From Eledone cirrhosa (taxonomy: Eukaryota), in the NCBI GenBank assembly GCA_964016885.1, contig OZ024743.1, forward strand, positions 335,048,001 through 335,112,000: DNA of 64,000 nucleotides, in the 5' to 3' direction. A model generated the notes under the pieces. That model searched no databases. It was not told the origin of the DNA and saw only the letters and a program-made list of their open reading frames with translations. The position numbers were made by a program, and so were the translations under genes. Shown one piece after another: positions 24,263 to 36,480 of the stretch; the stretch's first letter is position 1, and each line of letters begins with the position of its first letter.

Positions 24263-24949
24263 ATATTAGAATTCAAGAAGAAAAAACTAGAGGTGGGGGT
24301 AGAAAGATAATATTATAAAAGAAAATGTGTCAAGAAGACTGCGGAAGTGAAGTGAAGAAAATGCCGATGTGAGGAAGGAAAGAGTTAACAAGTAATGCAT
24401 GTATTTTTCAAAGCAAACATTTCTCATATTGAAACAAAAAGTATTAATAGCTGATGAAAATAATACAAATATTGTTTAAGATAATAAATCTATATTGAAG
24501 TTTTTTTGTTTGCATTCGTTTGTTTGCATAATGTTTTGTTTGTTTATTTTCAAAGAACTGTGTATTTCTTTTTATCTATTATCATTAGAACAATATTTAT
24601 ACGGTATTACCTTTATTTACCCAGTTATTAACTTTTTTTTTATTCAATATGGAAAACTTTTGTTTTGAATAAAAACAAATCGTTACGAGCTTATATTGTT
24701 CTAAGCTTTCTGTTTACTGTTTATTTTCTCACTTCTAACAGTTTCTTTTATAACCTTTTTCTCCTTATTATTATTTCCTATGTTTTACTTGCACACTATA
24801 TCTCAATACACCCTCAATATATATCACTCACACACTCTCGCTATCGCACAGCGATCTCTAAAGTACCACTTAATATATTTACGTATTTCGTGTTCTCTTT
24901 CTATTTTTCCATGATATTTCTCGTCATTGCTTTTTTGCCATAACTTGTG

Positions 24950-25260
24950 CAGCTAGTGAGTGGGATGATACTCTAGACATTTGTCGTAATAAGCAATCAC
25001 CACTAGTCTTTCTACTCCGTCATTCGCTGATAAGTCAGATTGTTGTGACCAGTCCAGTCTAGTCCTTGATGTTCTCGGACCAGGACTTTCTTTATCTGCC
25101 TCTTCACACTTTTTTCAACAGTGCATTGGAGGAGGGCTTTGAACAGAAAGTTGTGGTCAAATACGTGACATTACCAGGGAAACCTCCATTATTTCACTAG
25201 CACAAACAGCGGCTCTTGCCTGCAAGCATATTTCCTGATTTGCTGCCAGATAAATTTGTC
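24950..25260 (-). mobile_element. RTE LINE 3' fragment (decayed)
   Basis: EPL..LVK..CHVFDHN.LFKALLQCTVE...KSWSENIK..WTG (frameshifted). Confidence 0.6.
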
Positions 25261-26255
25261 CTATGCGCTGTCACATTTTATATTCGGGAATCGTCTGTTT
25301 CACTCATCATCATCGTCATCACGTAACGCCCATGTTTTCTGTTAAAAAAGACTGGAGGTGTCGTCACAGACCATGTCGGTCATTGATCGGCGCTACTGAC
25401 TTCTTAAAGAAATCGAGTCCGCATCACGCTTACATATGTTGCTGTGCACCATATAGTGCGTCGGGGGCATCTTATCGTGATCTCGGCCCTAAAGAAGCTG
25501 TCATACTTTTGATAAAACTGAAGAGTCCTTCAATCTCTTCCTATCACTAACCCCTAACCTCAAAGAGTGAATTTTACCGTGGTGCCAGCATTAGGGACTT
25601 TGGCGGCCATAAGGTCGATTAAAGGACTCACTCTACACTATGGAGAGATGTGGTTGTAGCGGACGTATTAATGTGGGGGAGATAAGACGGATAAGGATAT
25701 CATGGGTAAGTGACAATAGGTAGAGGGAAATGGCAAGATACCATGGGTATATGATATTTGTGGTGGAATTTCAAAAAGGGTTAATTGAGGGTGTGGTGGA
25801 TATTTAAACTATAAGGCTCGCTGTTAATAGGTAAATAAGTAAACGAATATTAATACACATATTCTGTGCCTCTCTTCTTTTTCATAATATTGACACTCCA
25901 TCCGATAGCATACAGGTAATACTCTATGGTAACCAGGTCGTCAATTGCTTACGTCCGATTAAACTACAGTAAGTTCATTGCTTACATCAATCTCCACTGA
26001 TTATTTGTAATAGTATATACATGTGTGTGTGCGCTTGCGTACGAGAAGATAAGGGGATTTCACTTTATGCTGGTAAAATCGTATTTGTGGAATGATTATA
26101 TAAACGATTAGTGAACGAACAGCTTACCAAATATTTTTTCTCAACGTGATTAATGAAATTACGTGATATAATATTCCAGATGTTAAATCTTCGGTTTCCA
26201 AAAGCTCATAGAGTAGATGAGTACAAATTATTATATTAGGAACAACAGGCAAGGA

Positions 26256-26318
<63 letters not shown>

Positions 26319-26323
26319 TTATA

Positions 26324-26962
26324 AAATACTATAAAATCTTTAACTCGCGCACCATTAGACTCTCATACTCCACTGCACCTAACATAGAACAACTAATTAA
26401 AAAACTCAACTCAGCAATACTAAATAAGTACATCCCTAATGACTCAGCGCACCAGCATAGCAACATACAACGCACTAACACGCAACTACAACCCCACCAA
26501 ACTATCCAGGATTCTACTGCAAAACATAAAAATAATTGTAACTGCAACAAACCAGGTACGTGCCCACTGAATAACCAGTGCCTAGCACGCAATATTGTCT
26601 ACCGATGTACAATAAATTCCGGAACCAACAAATGGTATTACGTCGGATGTACCGCAACTTCTTTCAAAGCTCGCCTATACCAACATCGATCTTCGATCAG
26701 GCACGAGAAAATGCGCGCCGTAACAACCCTCGCCGATAAAGCCTGGCAGCTCCGGAGGAACAATCAAGCATTCTTCCTTGATTGGCAAATTATTGCAGCT
26801 GCGCCTGCATATAAGCAAAATCATCGATTCTGCAAATTATGCAATTTGGAGATATACTGCATTTTAACGTCGGTAAACAAACTTTTGAACAGCAAAATTG
26901 AACGTTCACTATACTGTAACCATCGTTTGAAAACGACTTTTTCTTTTTTTAAATGCATATAA
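26324..26962 (+). CDS. PLE linker + GIY-YIG endonuclease, open frame without start codon (5'-truncated; possibly Naiad-type)
   Basis: KIFNSRTIRLSYS..CNCNKPGTCPLNNQC..IVYRC..YVGC..FKARLYQH..CKLCNLE..LLNSK..CNH; no stop in this frame from 26324 to 26959. Confidence 0.8.
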   Translation, partial: KYYKIFNSRTIRLSYSTAPNIEQLIKKLNSAILNKYIPNDSAHQHSNIQRTNTQLQPHQTIQDSTAKHKNNCNCNKPGTCPLNNQCLARNIVYRCTINSGTNKWYYVGCTATSFKARLYQHRSSIRHEKMRAVTTLADKAWQLRRNNQAFFLDWQIIAAAPAYKQNHRFCKLCNLEIYCILTSVNKLLNSKIERSLYCNHRLKTTFSFFKCI

Positions 26963-27351
26963 TGTTACCTTTTTACACCACCGTTTGCAAATTTCTGTTT
27001 TATATGTTTATACACAAGATATGGCTTTCTATAATAATAGTACTAAACACTGTTTTCTGGACCCCTTTAGAAATAACCTGCTACTATAATAGCCCCAATA
27101 ACTTGTCTGTAACTCTGTACCACTTTGACCCCTTTAACTAAATTTTGTCCGAACAACACCACTAGGATAATTTACTTCCCCCGCCAACCCTAACACGCCT
27201 CATTAAGCTAACTGCTGCCAAAACATTCTCTCCTTACAATCTCTACTAGTCTGACAGTCTTAAATCCTAGGACTCCCTTCCCCTTCTCTTCCTACCTCCT
27301 TCTTTCTCTTTTATCTAGTGTATAAAATATTTTCATATCATTCCAATACAA

Positions 27352-27468
27352 AGGTCTGACGACATGGTGTGTTTGCTTACAGTGTCCCTTCGGTTTATGA
27401 TAATATTTTTATATTATTCAAATAGCGAGGTATAGGTAACCCATACACTATAGAAACAATAGTTACCT
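27352..27468 (+). ncRNA. Type I hammerhead ribozyme with extended stem II
   Basis: Stem I AGGT/ACCT, CTGACGA, stem II ATGGTGTGT/ATACACTAT, GAA-AC-aata-GT-T (GUU site). Confidence 0.75.
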
Positions 27469-27512
27469 AATAAATTCTTTATACCCGCATTTCCATTTCA
27501 TAAACTTCTTCT

Positions 27513-27552
<40 letters not shown>

Positions 27553-27751
27553 CATTAAGAACGATGCTGATGTTACATGAACTCATAATAATTATTTCAG
27601 CAGTACTCTTATGCAATTCAATATGTAATTTATGCACTTATTGTTATGCGAATGGTATCTTCAGCATTTTAGTAAATATTGCCTGTTTTGAATGTACAGG
27701 CAACATTTAGTAGAAACTGTTGAAGTGTGTATACATATTTTTAGAACACCC

Positions 27752-27809
<58 letters not shown>

Positions 27810-27839
27810 AAAGAATAGAGGTGTAACACACAAGTTATT

Positions 27840-28232
27840 ATATATTGGTAAACGGAATAGAAAATGCTGACAAATTGTTCACAGTTGAAAGATGTTTTAA
27901 TTAGGAATAAAAGAGTATTAGTGATTGTATGGGTTAGTATTCAGTTGTGGTTTTAAGTTTTTAAGTTTTTACCGGTTGCGCATTTCTAAATGCTTTTCAA
28001 AAATAATTTTGAGATAGAGTGTCCGTGCTGTTTGCTCTGATCAGAGCAAACAGCACGGACACTCTATCTCAAAATTATTTTTGAAAAGCATTTAGAAATG
28101 CGCAACCGGTAAAAACTTAAAAACTTAAAACCACAACTGAATACTAACCCATACAATCACTAATACTCTTTTATTCCTAATTAAACCATTTTTCAACTGT
28201 GAACAATTTGTCAGCATTTTCTATTCCGTTTA

Positions 28233-28241
<9 letters not shown>
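27840..28241. repeat. About 400-bp spacerless palindrome
   Basis: Centre CTCTGA|TCAGAG at 28040/28041; arms differ at about two positions. Confidence 0.95.
28078..28114 (+). ncRNA. Hammerhead-like motif, U3-A8 core, GAA mutated to GCA (mirror copy 27967-28003, minus strand)
   Basis: TTT-TTGAAAA-GCATTT.AAATGC-GCA-ACCGGT-A-AAA; same architecture as 51545-51580. Confidence 0.55.
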
Positions 28242-28285
<44 letters not shown>

Positions 28286-28289
<4 letters not shown>

Positions 28290-28665
28290 CCAAATACACT
28301 ATATATACATTCATGTATACATCGCTATTTCAGACCACCAATTCTAATTTTCAATTTCTGCTTGACCGGCAGCCGCTCTGTATAATCAGTTCCTGATTAT
28401 TACTAGAATTCTATAAGAATCCAACATGTATAATTGTCAACAGACAGAGCTAGTGCTAAGCTCTGACGATTACCAACAGTATGAAACAGAGCTGTCAGCT
28501 TATCTCCTTTTGTTTGTTGAAAAAAGAAGTGACATAGTCACTACTTTAAAACAATAGCATAAGGTCTTCAAAATGCTTTTAATTAAGCATACAGTATATT
28601 GCCAAATATACTATATATACATTCATGTATACATCGCTATTTCAGAGCACCAATTCTAATTTTCA
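28286..28665 (+). mobile_element. ORF-less hammerhead unit of 312 nt with 68-bp direct repeat (retrozyme-like)
   Basis: 28286-28353 repeated at 28598-28665; (TA)n on both sides; relatives at 19392, 55710 and 63660. Confidence 0.75.
28457..28502 (+). ncRNA. Minimal type I hammerhead ribozyme
   Basis: Stem I TAAGCT/AGCTTA, CTGACGA, stem II TAC/GTA, GAA-ACAG-ag-CTGT-C (GUC cleavage after 28496). Confidence 0.85.
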
Positions 28666-28678
28666 TATATATATATAT

Positions 28679-28736
<58 letters not shown>

Positions 28737-28854
28737 GTCTCTCCTGTCGCCCCAATCTATCTTATAAACATATATGTTTGTGTGCGTGTCCGTATGTGGT
28801 GGTAGAACAAATTTGGTATTTTGTCCGCCGGGCGCAGGGGAAACACCGCTCAGT

Positions 28855-28965
28855 GTAGATATAGTTTTTATTTCTATGTTCTATAATGTGCCCCTACGTG
28901 CTATTTTGGTATGTTGGTGGAGTACTGATGAGTATTTCCCACCCTGGAGTTCTCGCCAGTCTTCA
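28855..28965 (-). pseudogene. Short PLE GIY-YIG fragment
   Basis: SSVLHQHTKIA..IEIK; nucleotide similarity to 14920-15030. Confidence 0.65.
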
Positions 28966-29164
28966 CTATAAATACCAGAGTATAATATTAGTCAACACAA
29001 CTAGCTTACAGATTTAGAAGGGCCCTAGACGAGCTCAAATTAAATATTCTCATAAAAACACTAATTAGTAAAACATACCCATTTCAAAGAACCCCCCTGC
29101 ACTGATAGGAAATACATAATCTGCCCATAAACTAACTGTAAAACACACTGGACTCAGTTTATTG

Positions 29165-29256
29165 CGTGTTACAATTGTTTCGCCGGCAGGTAGCTCGAGA
29201 CATAATCACTGTATGGATCTGGCTGATTCTACGGCTGCAGGTTCCTTCGGACACAT
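29165..29256 (-). ncRNA. Degenerate hammerhead, relative of the 52783 family
   Basis: GTGT-CCGAAGGA...GCCGGC-GAA-ACAATTGT-A-ACAC. Confidence 0.45.
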
Positions 29257-29386
29257 GCAATTCTTTCGGAGCAATTTTTTTAATAATATTCACACTCTGC
29301 TCTGTAAGAATATTGAATGCTAATTTTGTCATACCGCCTATGGAAGCACCATAGCTACCATTTACACACGTATATATTATACACAC

Positions 29387-29471
<85 letters not shown>

Positions 29472-29834
29472 TGGATATATTGACAAATATAGTTAATGCT
29501 TCTGCTGCATAGTTATATCTTTGTTTAATTTTGTGAGAAAAAGTTGTTTTCGTAAGTGAGCGCAGCCCCTGTTTATACGATAATTCTTTCTATATTAGGC
29601 ACAAGCCCAGCAATTTAGTATGGCTCGGAAAATCGATCACACTGAACTCATACTCGATTGGTATTTGATTTTATCGATCCTTGAACAATGAAATGCAAAT
29701 TTCACCTCGGCGAGGTGTGAGCAGTTTTATACAATAACAATGCCTAAATTTATAGAATTTCAAAAAGGGAAAACCGTACGTTACTTTTTCTAGTTTATTT
29801 TCAACTACAAGCGTTTATGAGAAGCCATATTATA

Positions 29835-30218
29835 AATAATTGTTTCTACTTCTGGCACAAGGCCAGCAATTATCCCAGTGTATTACTGGTACTTTATTTT
29901 ATCGACCCCGTAAGGATGAAAGGCAAAGTTAACCTCGGCGCGATTTGAACTCAGACCATAAAGGGCCGTAACTCTTTGCTGAAAGCATGGCGTCTGACCC
30001 TCTACCGATACTGCCAATCCACCGCCACAGTATAATTAACTGTTTCTACTTTTTGGCACAAGGCCAGCACATACCCAGTGCATTACTGGTATTTTATGTT
30101 ATCGACCCCGTAAGGATGAAAGGCAAAGTTAACCTCGGCGGGATTCTAACTCAGAATGGCAAGGGCCGTAACTCTGTGCGTCAAAGCATAGCGTCCAACC
30201 CTCTACCGATACTGCCAT
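29835..30218 (-). mobile_element. Two tandem SINE family A copies
   Basis: Near-identical units of about 190 bp, GGCACAAGGCCAGCA...CCCTCTACCGATACTGCCA. Confidence 0.85.
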
Positions 30219-30234
30219 GTTCCGGAGACATGTA

Positions 30235-30580
30235 AACGTAAAGTAAAGGCCCCCTTCGTTCACCAATCACCATGGGATTTGAGGCTAGAAAGTTTTCCCC
30301 TCCAAGGTACAAGCTCAGGTAAGATTGTTTATAGAAGACCAGCAGTCGCTCATGCATAGCAGTCTCCCTTCGCCACACCACCGATGTTGTCCAAGGGAAA
30401 GGCAATGGCCGATACAGTTTGGTAGCAGTGAAGTCACAACGCTTTTCTACAGCTGAGTAAATTGGAACAACGTGAAATAAAGTGTCTTGCTCAAGGACAT
30501 AACGCATCACCCGGTCCGAGAATCGAAGTCAGGACCTCATGTTTGTAAGACCAACACACTAACCACAAAAACCATGCATC
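30235..30580 (-). mobile_element. SINE family B subfamily
   Basis: Shared with 35240-35545; reverse B-box GAGAATCGAAG. Confidence 0.75.
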
Positions 30581-31299
30581 TAGACATAGAGGATAAATAC
30601 AGCACAAGAAAAAAAAAGTAGAAAAAGGAAAACAGTGGCTGATGACCACTGCGTTCTAGATTTCTTTTTTTCTCCATCGCTTTGATAACATTTCTGGCGT
30701 TAAGTATAATCTAGCATTTTCTACATCTAGTGAAGACTGACATCCTAGATTATCGATTATATATATAAAGAAGTTACTTAAGAGAAAGAGATGATCAGTA
30801 TAAATAATACCCATGGAATACTAATATCAATAATGGTGTTGCTATTCTTTAATTAGTAATCTCTCTCTCTGCCCCCTCTCTCTCTCTTCCTCTCTATCTC
30901 TTCGCCTCTCTCTCTTTCTCTTTTTCTAGCTTGTTTTCTTTTGGTTTCCGTGGGTTCAGCCATTCAAATAATCTTTATAGTTAACTTCATTCTACACAGG
31001 GGATTACATAAAGAAGTAACTTAAGAGAAAGAATTGACCAGCTTGAATGCTACAATAGGTTAGTCAACAATGCTGGGTTTGTTGTTATTGTAACTTAGCT
31101 CGAGATTTATCCTTATGGAGCAGAGATATGATCCGAAATTTTACTGTCCTTTTTCTTTAGATATGACTACAATACTTGTGTTATTTCATTCGTAAGACAC
31201 TACAATATAATTTGATGTGAATGTAGTATATAGGTGTAGTTAAGAGGTACTGAAATATGTACAACTAGCTGTCAGTTTAAACCCATCCTGAGAGGAGCT

Positions 31300-31525
31300 A
31301 CCAGCAATAAGATATTCTATTAAATAGTATGAGCGTTGGACACCATGCTTTGCAGCGTAGAGTTACGTCCCTTTATGATCTGAGTTCAAATCACGCCGAG
31401 GTTAGCTTTGTCTTACATCCTTACGGGATCGATAAAATAAAGCACCAGTAATGCACTGGGGTCGATTTAATCGATTTTCCCTCCACCCAAATTGTTGGCC
31501 TTGTTCCTATATTAGAAATCATATT
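31300..31525 (+). mobile_element. SINE family A
   Basis: CTGAGTTCAAATCACGCCGAGGTTAGC...GGGGTCGATTTAATCGA. Confidence 0.8.
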
Positions 31526-32789
31526 CAATAGCATGAGCATAAATGGGGGTGAGGTCACAGTGATATGACTGTGTGTTTTGTCAGACATGCAGGTGTTTTA
31601 ATATATGTCTGGAATGTTCAATTATGTAGTAAGAATAGATATGGGGTGGAGAGGGTGGCACTCATGGAGGTATGTGATAAATATTAGAATAAGAATGATA
31701 TGTTCAATCCTGAGCAAAATATGTATCCAGAAAATATTTTGATTTCAGCACATCACAGCTGCCCTTCGCAATAATTAGATATCACTGTATGGCATCTTCA
31801 GCAAGAGTCGTGTAAAATTGGGTAGATGGAAATTGTTTGGAAACCCGCTAGATGGATTGCACCTGTAATTAAAATGGCTAGTCTTGTGGCACATTTGTCA
31901 TACTGAATCTACCCGAGAATTAAGTTAAGTCTATATGTATCTAAGGAATGTTCAGCCATTTACATGTTAATTTCATGAGTAGGCTCTCCCTTTGATTGAA
32001 CAACTGGAAGTAGTTAATGTCGAACCTTATAGAGGTCCATACTATGTTTGTTGTTATTGTTGCTTTGACCCGTCTATACCAATATGGATTAAACCTATGA
32101 TCAAAATATGTGTTGTTATTTCCATACTGTCTGTTTGTTTACCAATGACTACACTTCTAGTGTTATTTCTTTGATAAGAGAAGTATGTATTTTGTAGAAA
32201 TATTAGCTACTATTTACTAGCAGGTCTAAAGACGGCATCATCCCTCGCGTGTTTGTTTAAGTGACGGCAGCCTATATTGACGGTAGCCCTTATTGTCTCA
32301 AGTGACTACATAGTGCTTCCTGTCGTATAGGTTTCACTACCAACATTTAGAGTGACGGTGTAAAGTCCGTCATTGACTCGAGTGAAAATATAAAATCTAT
32401 TTTATTGATTCCAGTAAAACTATAAAAGCTGCTTTATTAATTCTTGACAATATTAGGTGACAGTTATTGGGGCAGTTGACAATATAGAGACCCCCCCCCC
32501 CACACACACACTCAAAGATCCGATCAAACGTGAACACCCTATTTTTATTTCAGACAAACTGTATTTAACATTACGGTTTTCAATGTTACCAAAGTAGCTT
32601 GCCGCTGTTTGATCCGAGGCTGCTTATTCGTCCGATCGAAGCCCACATATCACAACTAGCTATTATATATGATGGCCGTATTGCTATCTACCACCTGCAA
32701 CGCTTTCTCGAACAGAGCAGCTCTGCCGAGAACACTAAGTCACTCGTCCTCTCAACACATGCGCAGTGCACTCTGCGTGTGAGTGGCGT

Positions 32790-33400
32790 TACACGGAAAG
32801 TTGTGGAGAATTTCAAGTATTTTTCAAGAGTAATGAAAGAGAGGAGGATGAGTTATATTTAAGAATTACTGAGGCTGGTGTGGTAATTCATCAGCTTCAC
32901 CACACGGTCATCAGAAAAAGGGACATTGGTGTAATAGCTAAATTCGCTATCTTCGGTTCTTCATACTTATCTTTCTCTATGGTCATGAAAAATTGAGTAG
33001 TGACCGAAAGAACACGATCGTGAATAGAACGGCCGAAATAGAATACCTCCGATGGGTCTTTAGAGTAACGCTACTCGATAGAGTGTGAAGCTCCGAGATC
33101 AGGCAGGCGCTCCGGGTAGAGCCGGTACTTCTTCAAATTGAGAGATCACAGCTCCGAAACTACGGACATGCGATTAGAATGTTTCAGGAAAGAACCGCTG
33201 GTCAGATTTTACAGATAAAACCAGCTGGCAGGTGTTCCAAGGGTAGATGTTGAGCAAGATGTTTGAATAACATCCATGAACTCGGTTGATTTCGATTGAA
33301 GACAGTTGCTTCTAACAGAACTTGCTGGAAGGTGTGTTAGAGGAGTTAGCCCACACTGCCCTCTCTGAAGTAAATGGGTGAAGAAAAAGAAAAAATGAAA
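32790..33400 (+). mobile_element. RTE LINE 3' fragment
   Basis: AEIEYLRWVFRVTLLDRV..SEIRQAL.VEP..LQIERSQLRNYGH; homologous to 7990-8470. Confidence 0.8.
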
Positions 33401-33791
33401 ACGAAAAAGAAGAAAATAAACTATACATCCTATATCGTTTAATTCGTGCCATCATCAATGGGCGTATAATACTGTGTACACATAAATGAAATTAGGTAGA
33501 TTGTATATATCTAATCTATGAAACTTATGTAGTTGATTCAGTGCTACCCCAATATTGAACACCACCACCTATATCAACGAAACTGAAACATCATTGATTA
33601 TAGATTTTCATGATTTTGACATTAGTTTAAGTGACAATATTCTTGACCAACAGTTGATGAATGACGTTCATATCCTTCAGGAAATTAAAGTGATGCTTGA
33701 TTCCATAAATAATATCAAGGATTGAAACTTTTAATTATCTATCTAACTGAAAAGTTTGCAAACAAATCATTGAACTATGGTGGAACACATA

Positions 33792-34257
33792 CACTGGGGT
33801 CTCAAATTATCGCCCCGCCACCGCTTATTAATTTTTCAGATTTTTTCCAAGCGCCGCCCTGCTTTTATTCCAAGCCCCCCCCCCCCCCCTCCCCATTATA
33901 TTATTACATTTTGCTAATCTATCTTCGGCAACATTTTATTTTAAATAGTAGCATTGCTGCGACAGTTAATTTGTTTTATACAATAATAACATTATAAATA
34001 ACAAAAAGTACATTACTAGAAACCCATACGTTATAAAATAAATAACTGTTTCTACTTTCGGCACAACGCCAGCAATTATCCCAGTACATTACTGGTACTT
34101 TATTTTATAAAATAAATAGTTATAAAATAAATAACATGGGTTATATAAACTAAACGACTGATTCTGATTTTAAAATATTTCAACGGGGATAACCTAGAAA
34201 TATTACCGACCCCCCCCCCCCTATTCCAACCACCCACTATTATCTGGGACCTAAGAG
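33792..34257. mobile_element. TA-flanked MITE (Tc1/mariner/pogo-like)
   Basis: TA|CACTGGGGTCTCAAATTAT ... ATTATCTGGGACCTAAGAG|TA; related end at 60626; contains a SINE tail at 34045-34108. Confidence 0.55.
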
Positions 34258-35239
34258 TACATATACGTTAGAAAACGTTACACAATATTATTGTTACCCA
34301 TTCCTGTGAGGTAGGGTTAGGCCGAGTGGGGTAAACCACAGGAATGGGTAACAATACTACCTGCCCGCTGGGGGAGAAAGAAACAGCATGAAAACAACTA
34401 TGACCTAAGTGGGTTTGAATCCCTTAGAGTATTGTGTGAAATCAAGGGGCAAAACACTTGCTTAATGGGAGTTCTTACTCTGAAGATCCGCCTGATATCC
34501 ACTTACCCCGTCGTCAGTTTCCTCCTACTTTCATTGAAATGATTGACATATTAATCGTATTTGTTTCTATATGACTATTTCTCATGCTATGTCCTTTGTT
34601 TATTTTTAACAAAAAAGAACAGCAAAATATAGGAATGCTATTCTACCTGGAGTAGAATATATTAAATATCTTATGATCAGCTAAATACAAGTATGCTCTC
34701 CTATAATCGATTTTTTTAGAGTGTATAGAAAATGGGAAATACTTCCTTTCTGGAAGTATTGATTATATATAAAATCAATATAATATATGTTACCAGATGT
34801 GGTATCAGCTTTGCTTTTAATGGTATGATTATCTTGTGTTGAATTCTCTGTGACCTTCGTATGACCCAAGAGCATACTTTTAGACCACCTGTCGTGTTGT
34901 TGCTGTTTAGATCTAGGTAACTCTGGATTGAGAACATCACATCTATGTTCAATGGAGTTCCCTCCATGATCATCTTATATATTTGGAATATCAAGTACCA
35001 CATTATTATTCAATTTATCCGTTTTTATTTAAAACAAGTGTATGATTGAAAGTGGATTTGACTGCAATTTCTAGCAAGTTCAGTGACATTATAGAAGCTC
35101 CTTAAGTTATTAGCTTGAAACATTCGAGGTTTAGTTTCGTGTTTAACTTTCTCTGATCGATGAAATTATTAACATCAATCTCGTAGGTATTTTAAATTGG
35201 CTTATGTCATTTCCCTGCAAACATCTGCTTTTCTATCAA

Positions 35240-35545
35240 TATAAACGTGTAAAGACTCCTATTCGGTCACGAATGACCACGGGATTTGCACCGAGAAAAT
35301 TTCCCTTCCGTGGCACAAGTCCAGAGAATGATGTTTTTCTAGAAGACCTGCAGTCATCCATGCATACGGGTCTCTCATCTCCATGCCACCGATGCTGCTC
35401 AAGGGGTTGACAAAGGCTTATATAGCTTGGCAACACTGACGTCGCAACTAATTTCTACAGTTGAGTGATAGCGCATCGCCCGGTCCGGGAATCAAACTCT
35501 CAACCTTACGATTGTGAATTTGAAGATTCCCCCCCACTAAGCCAT
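35240..35545 (-). mobile_element. SINE family B subfamily
   Basis: Homologous to 30235-30580. Confidence 0.75.
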
Positions 35546-35921
35546 GTCAATATAAGTATTCTATAATTATAGTAGTTTGGTAGCCATTGCCGTATTATAT
35601 ACCTGCTAGTTTCAATTTCTAGATAAATTCAATTCATCTTATTTGACTTGCTCGAAAATAATGATTACTTCAATACCACTCGCGACTTCAGATCTGGTTT
35701 CAGCTGTTTGATGTCGATAAAATAGAAATAAAATAAAAACGCTCAAGACTGCGATACGTCCTGCCCCACTGACAAACACATACACGAACATACATATTAG
35801 TAGTGAACTATATGAGTAACAATATTTAATTTCATCATACTACATTCTGGCATAATTTTAGTCGACTTTTCGCCACTCCTATATATTTTTCCCCATTCCG
35901 AGTGAGCCATGGAATAAGATA

Positions 35922-36112
35922 ATAATTGTTTCTATTTTTGGCACAAAGCCAGCAATTATCTCAGTGCATTACTGGTACTTTATTTTATAGACCCCGTAAG
36001 GATGAAAGGCAAAGTTAACCTCGGCGGGATTTCATCTCAGACCGTAAAGGGGAATAACACTATGCTGCAAAGCATGGCGTCCGACCCTCTACCGATACTG
36101 CCAATTCACCGA
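35922..36112 (-). mobile_element. SINE family A
   Basis: Near-identical to 29835-30030. Confidence 0.85.
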
Positions 36113-36179
36113 TATAATAACAGTCAAATAGTCCTCAAATAACACCGTGTCGTCCTCACTTGCGAGCGTTGGCCGTTTT

Positions 36180-36480
36180 CAATAGCTTATGATAAACTGG
36201 CACTCCGTCGGTTACGACGACGCGTGTCCCAGTTGATACGATCAACGGAACAACCTGTTTCGAAAATTAACGTGCATGTGGCTGAATATTCTACAAAGAG
36301 GCGAACACTTAACGTAGGTCTCAGGGAGATTCATCGTAACACAGGATGTGACAAGGCAAGCCTCGAAATTAAAGGTACAACTCATTTTTGCCAGCTGAGT
36401 GGAGCAACGTGCCACTTGGAATCAAACCCATGACCTTACGATTGTGAACCGAATACCCGAACCACAAAGCCACGCGCCTT
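36180..36480 (-). mobile_element. SINE family B
   Basis: Reverse complement of the 21868-22140 type. Confidence 0.75.

Larger units (their letters stand above)
26314..27520 (+). mobile_element. 5'-truncated Penelope-like element (endonuclease + 3' UTR + hammerhead pLTR) inside (TA)n
   Basis: GIY-YIG ORF, pyrimidine-rich UTR, hammerhead at 27352; (TA)n on both sides. Confidence 0.85.

Noticed and set aside
27545-27755. Structured island between TA runs with minus-strand CTGAAGA...GAAAATAATTATTA
   Set aside because: Palindromic stem III is present but no stem I complement was found; not called a ribozyme
28925-28932. CTGATGAG hammerhead core
   Set aside because: It is the antisense of GIY-YIG codons (SSVLHQH); no GAAA or stems
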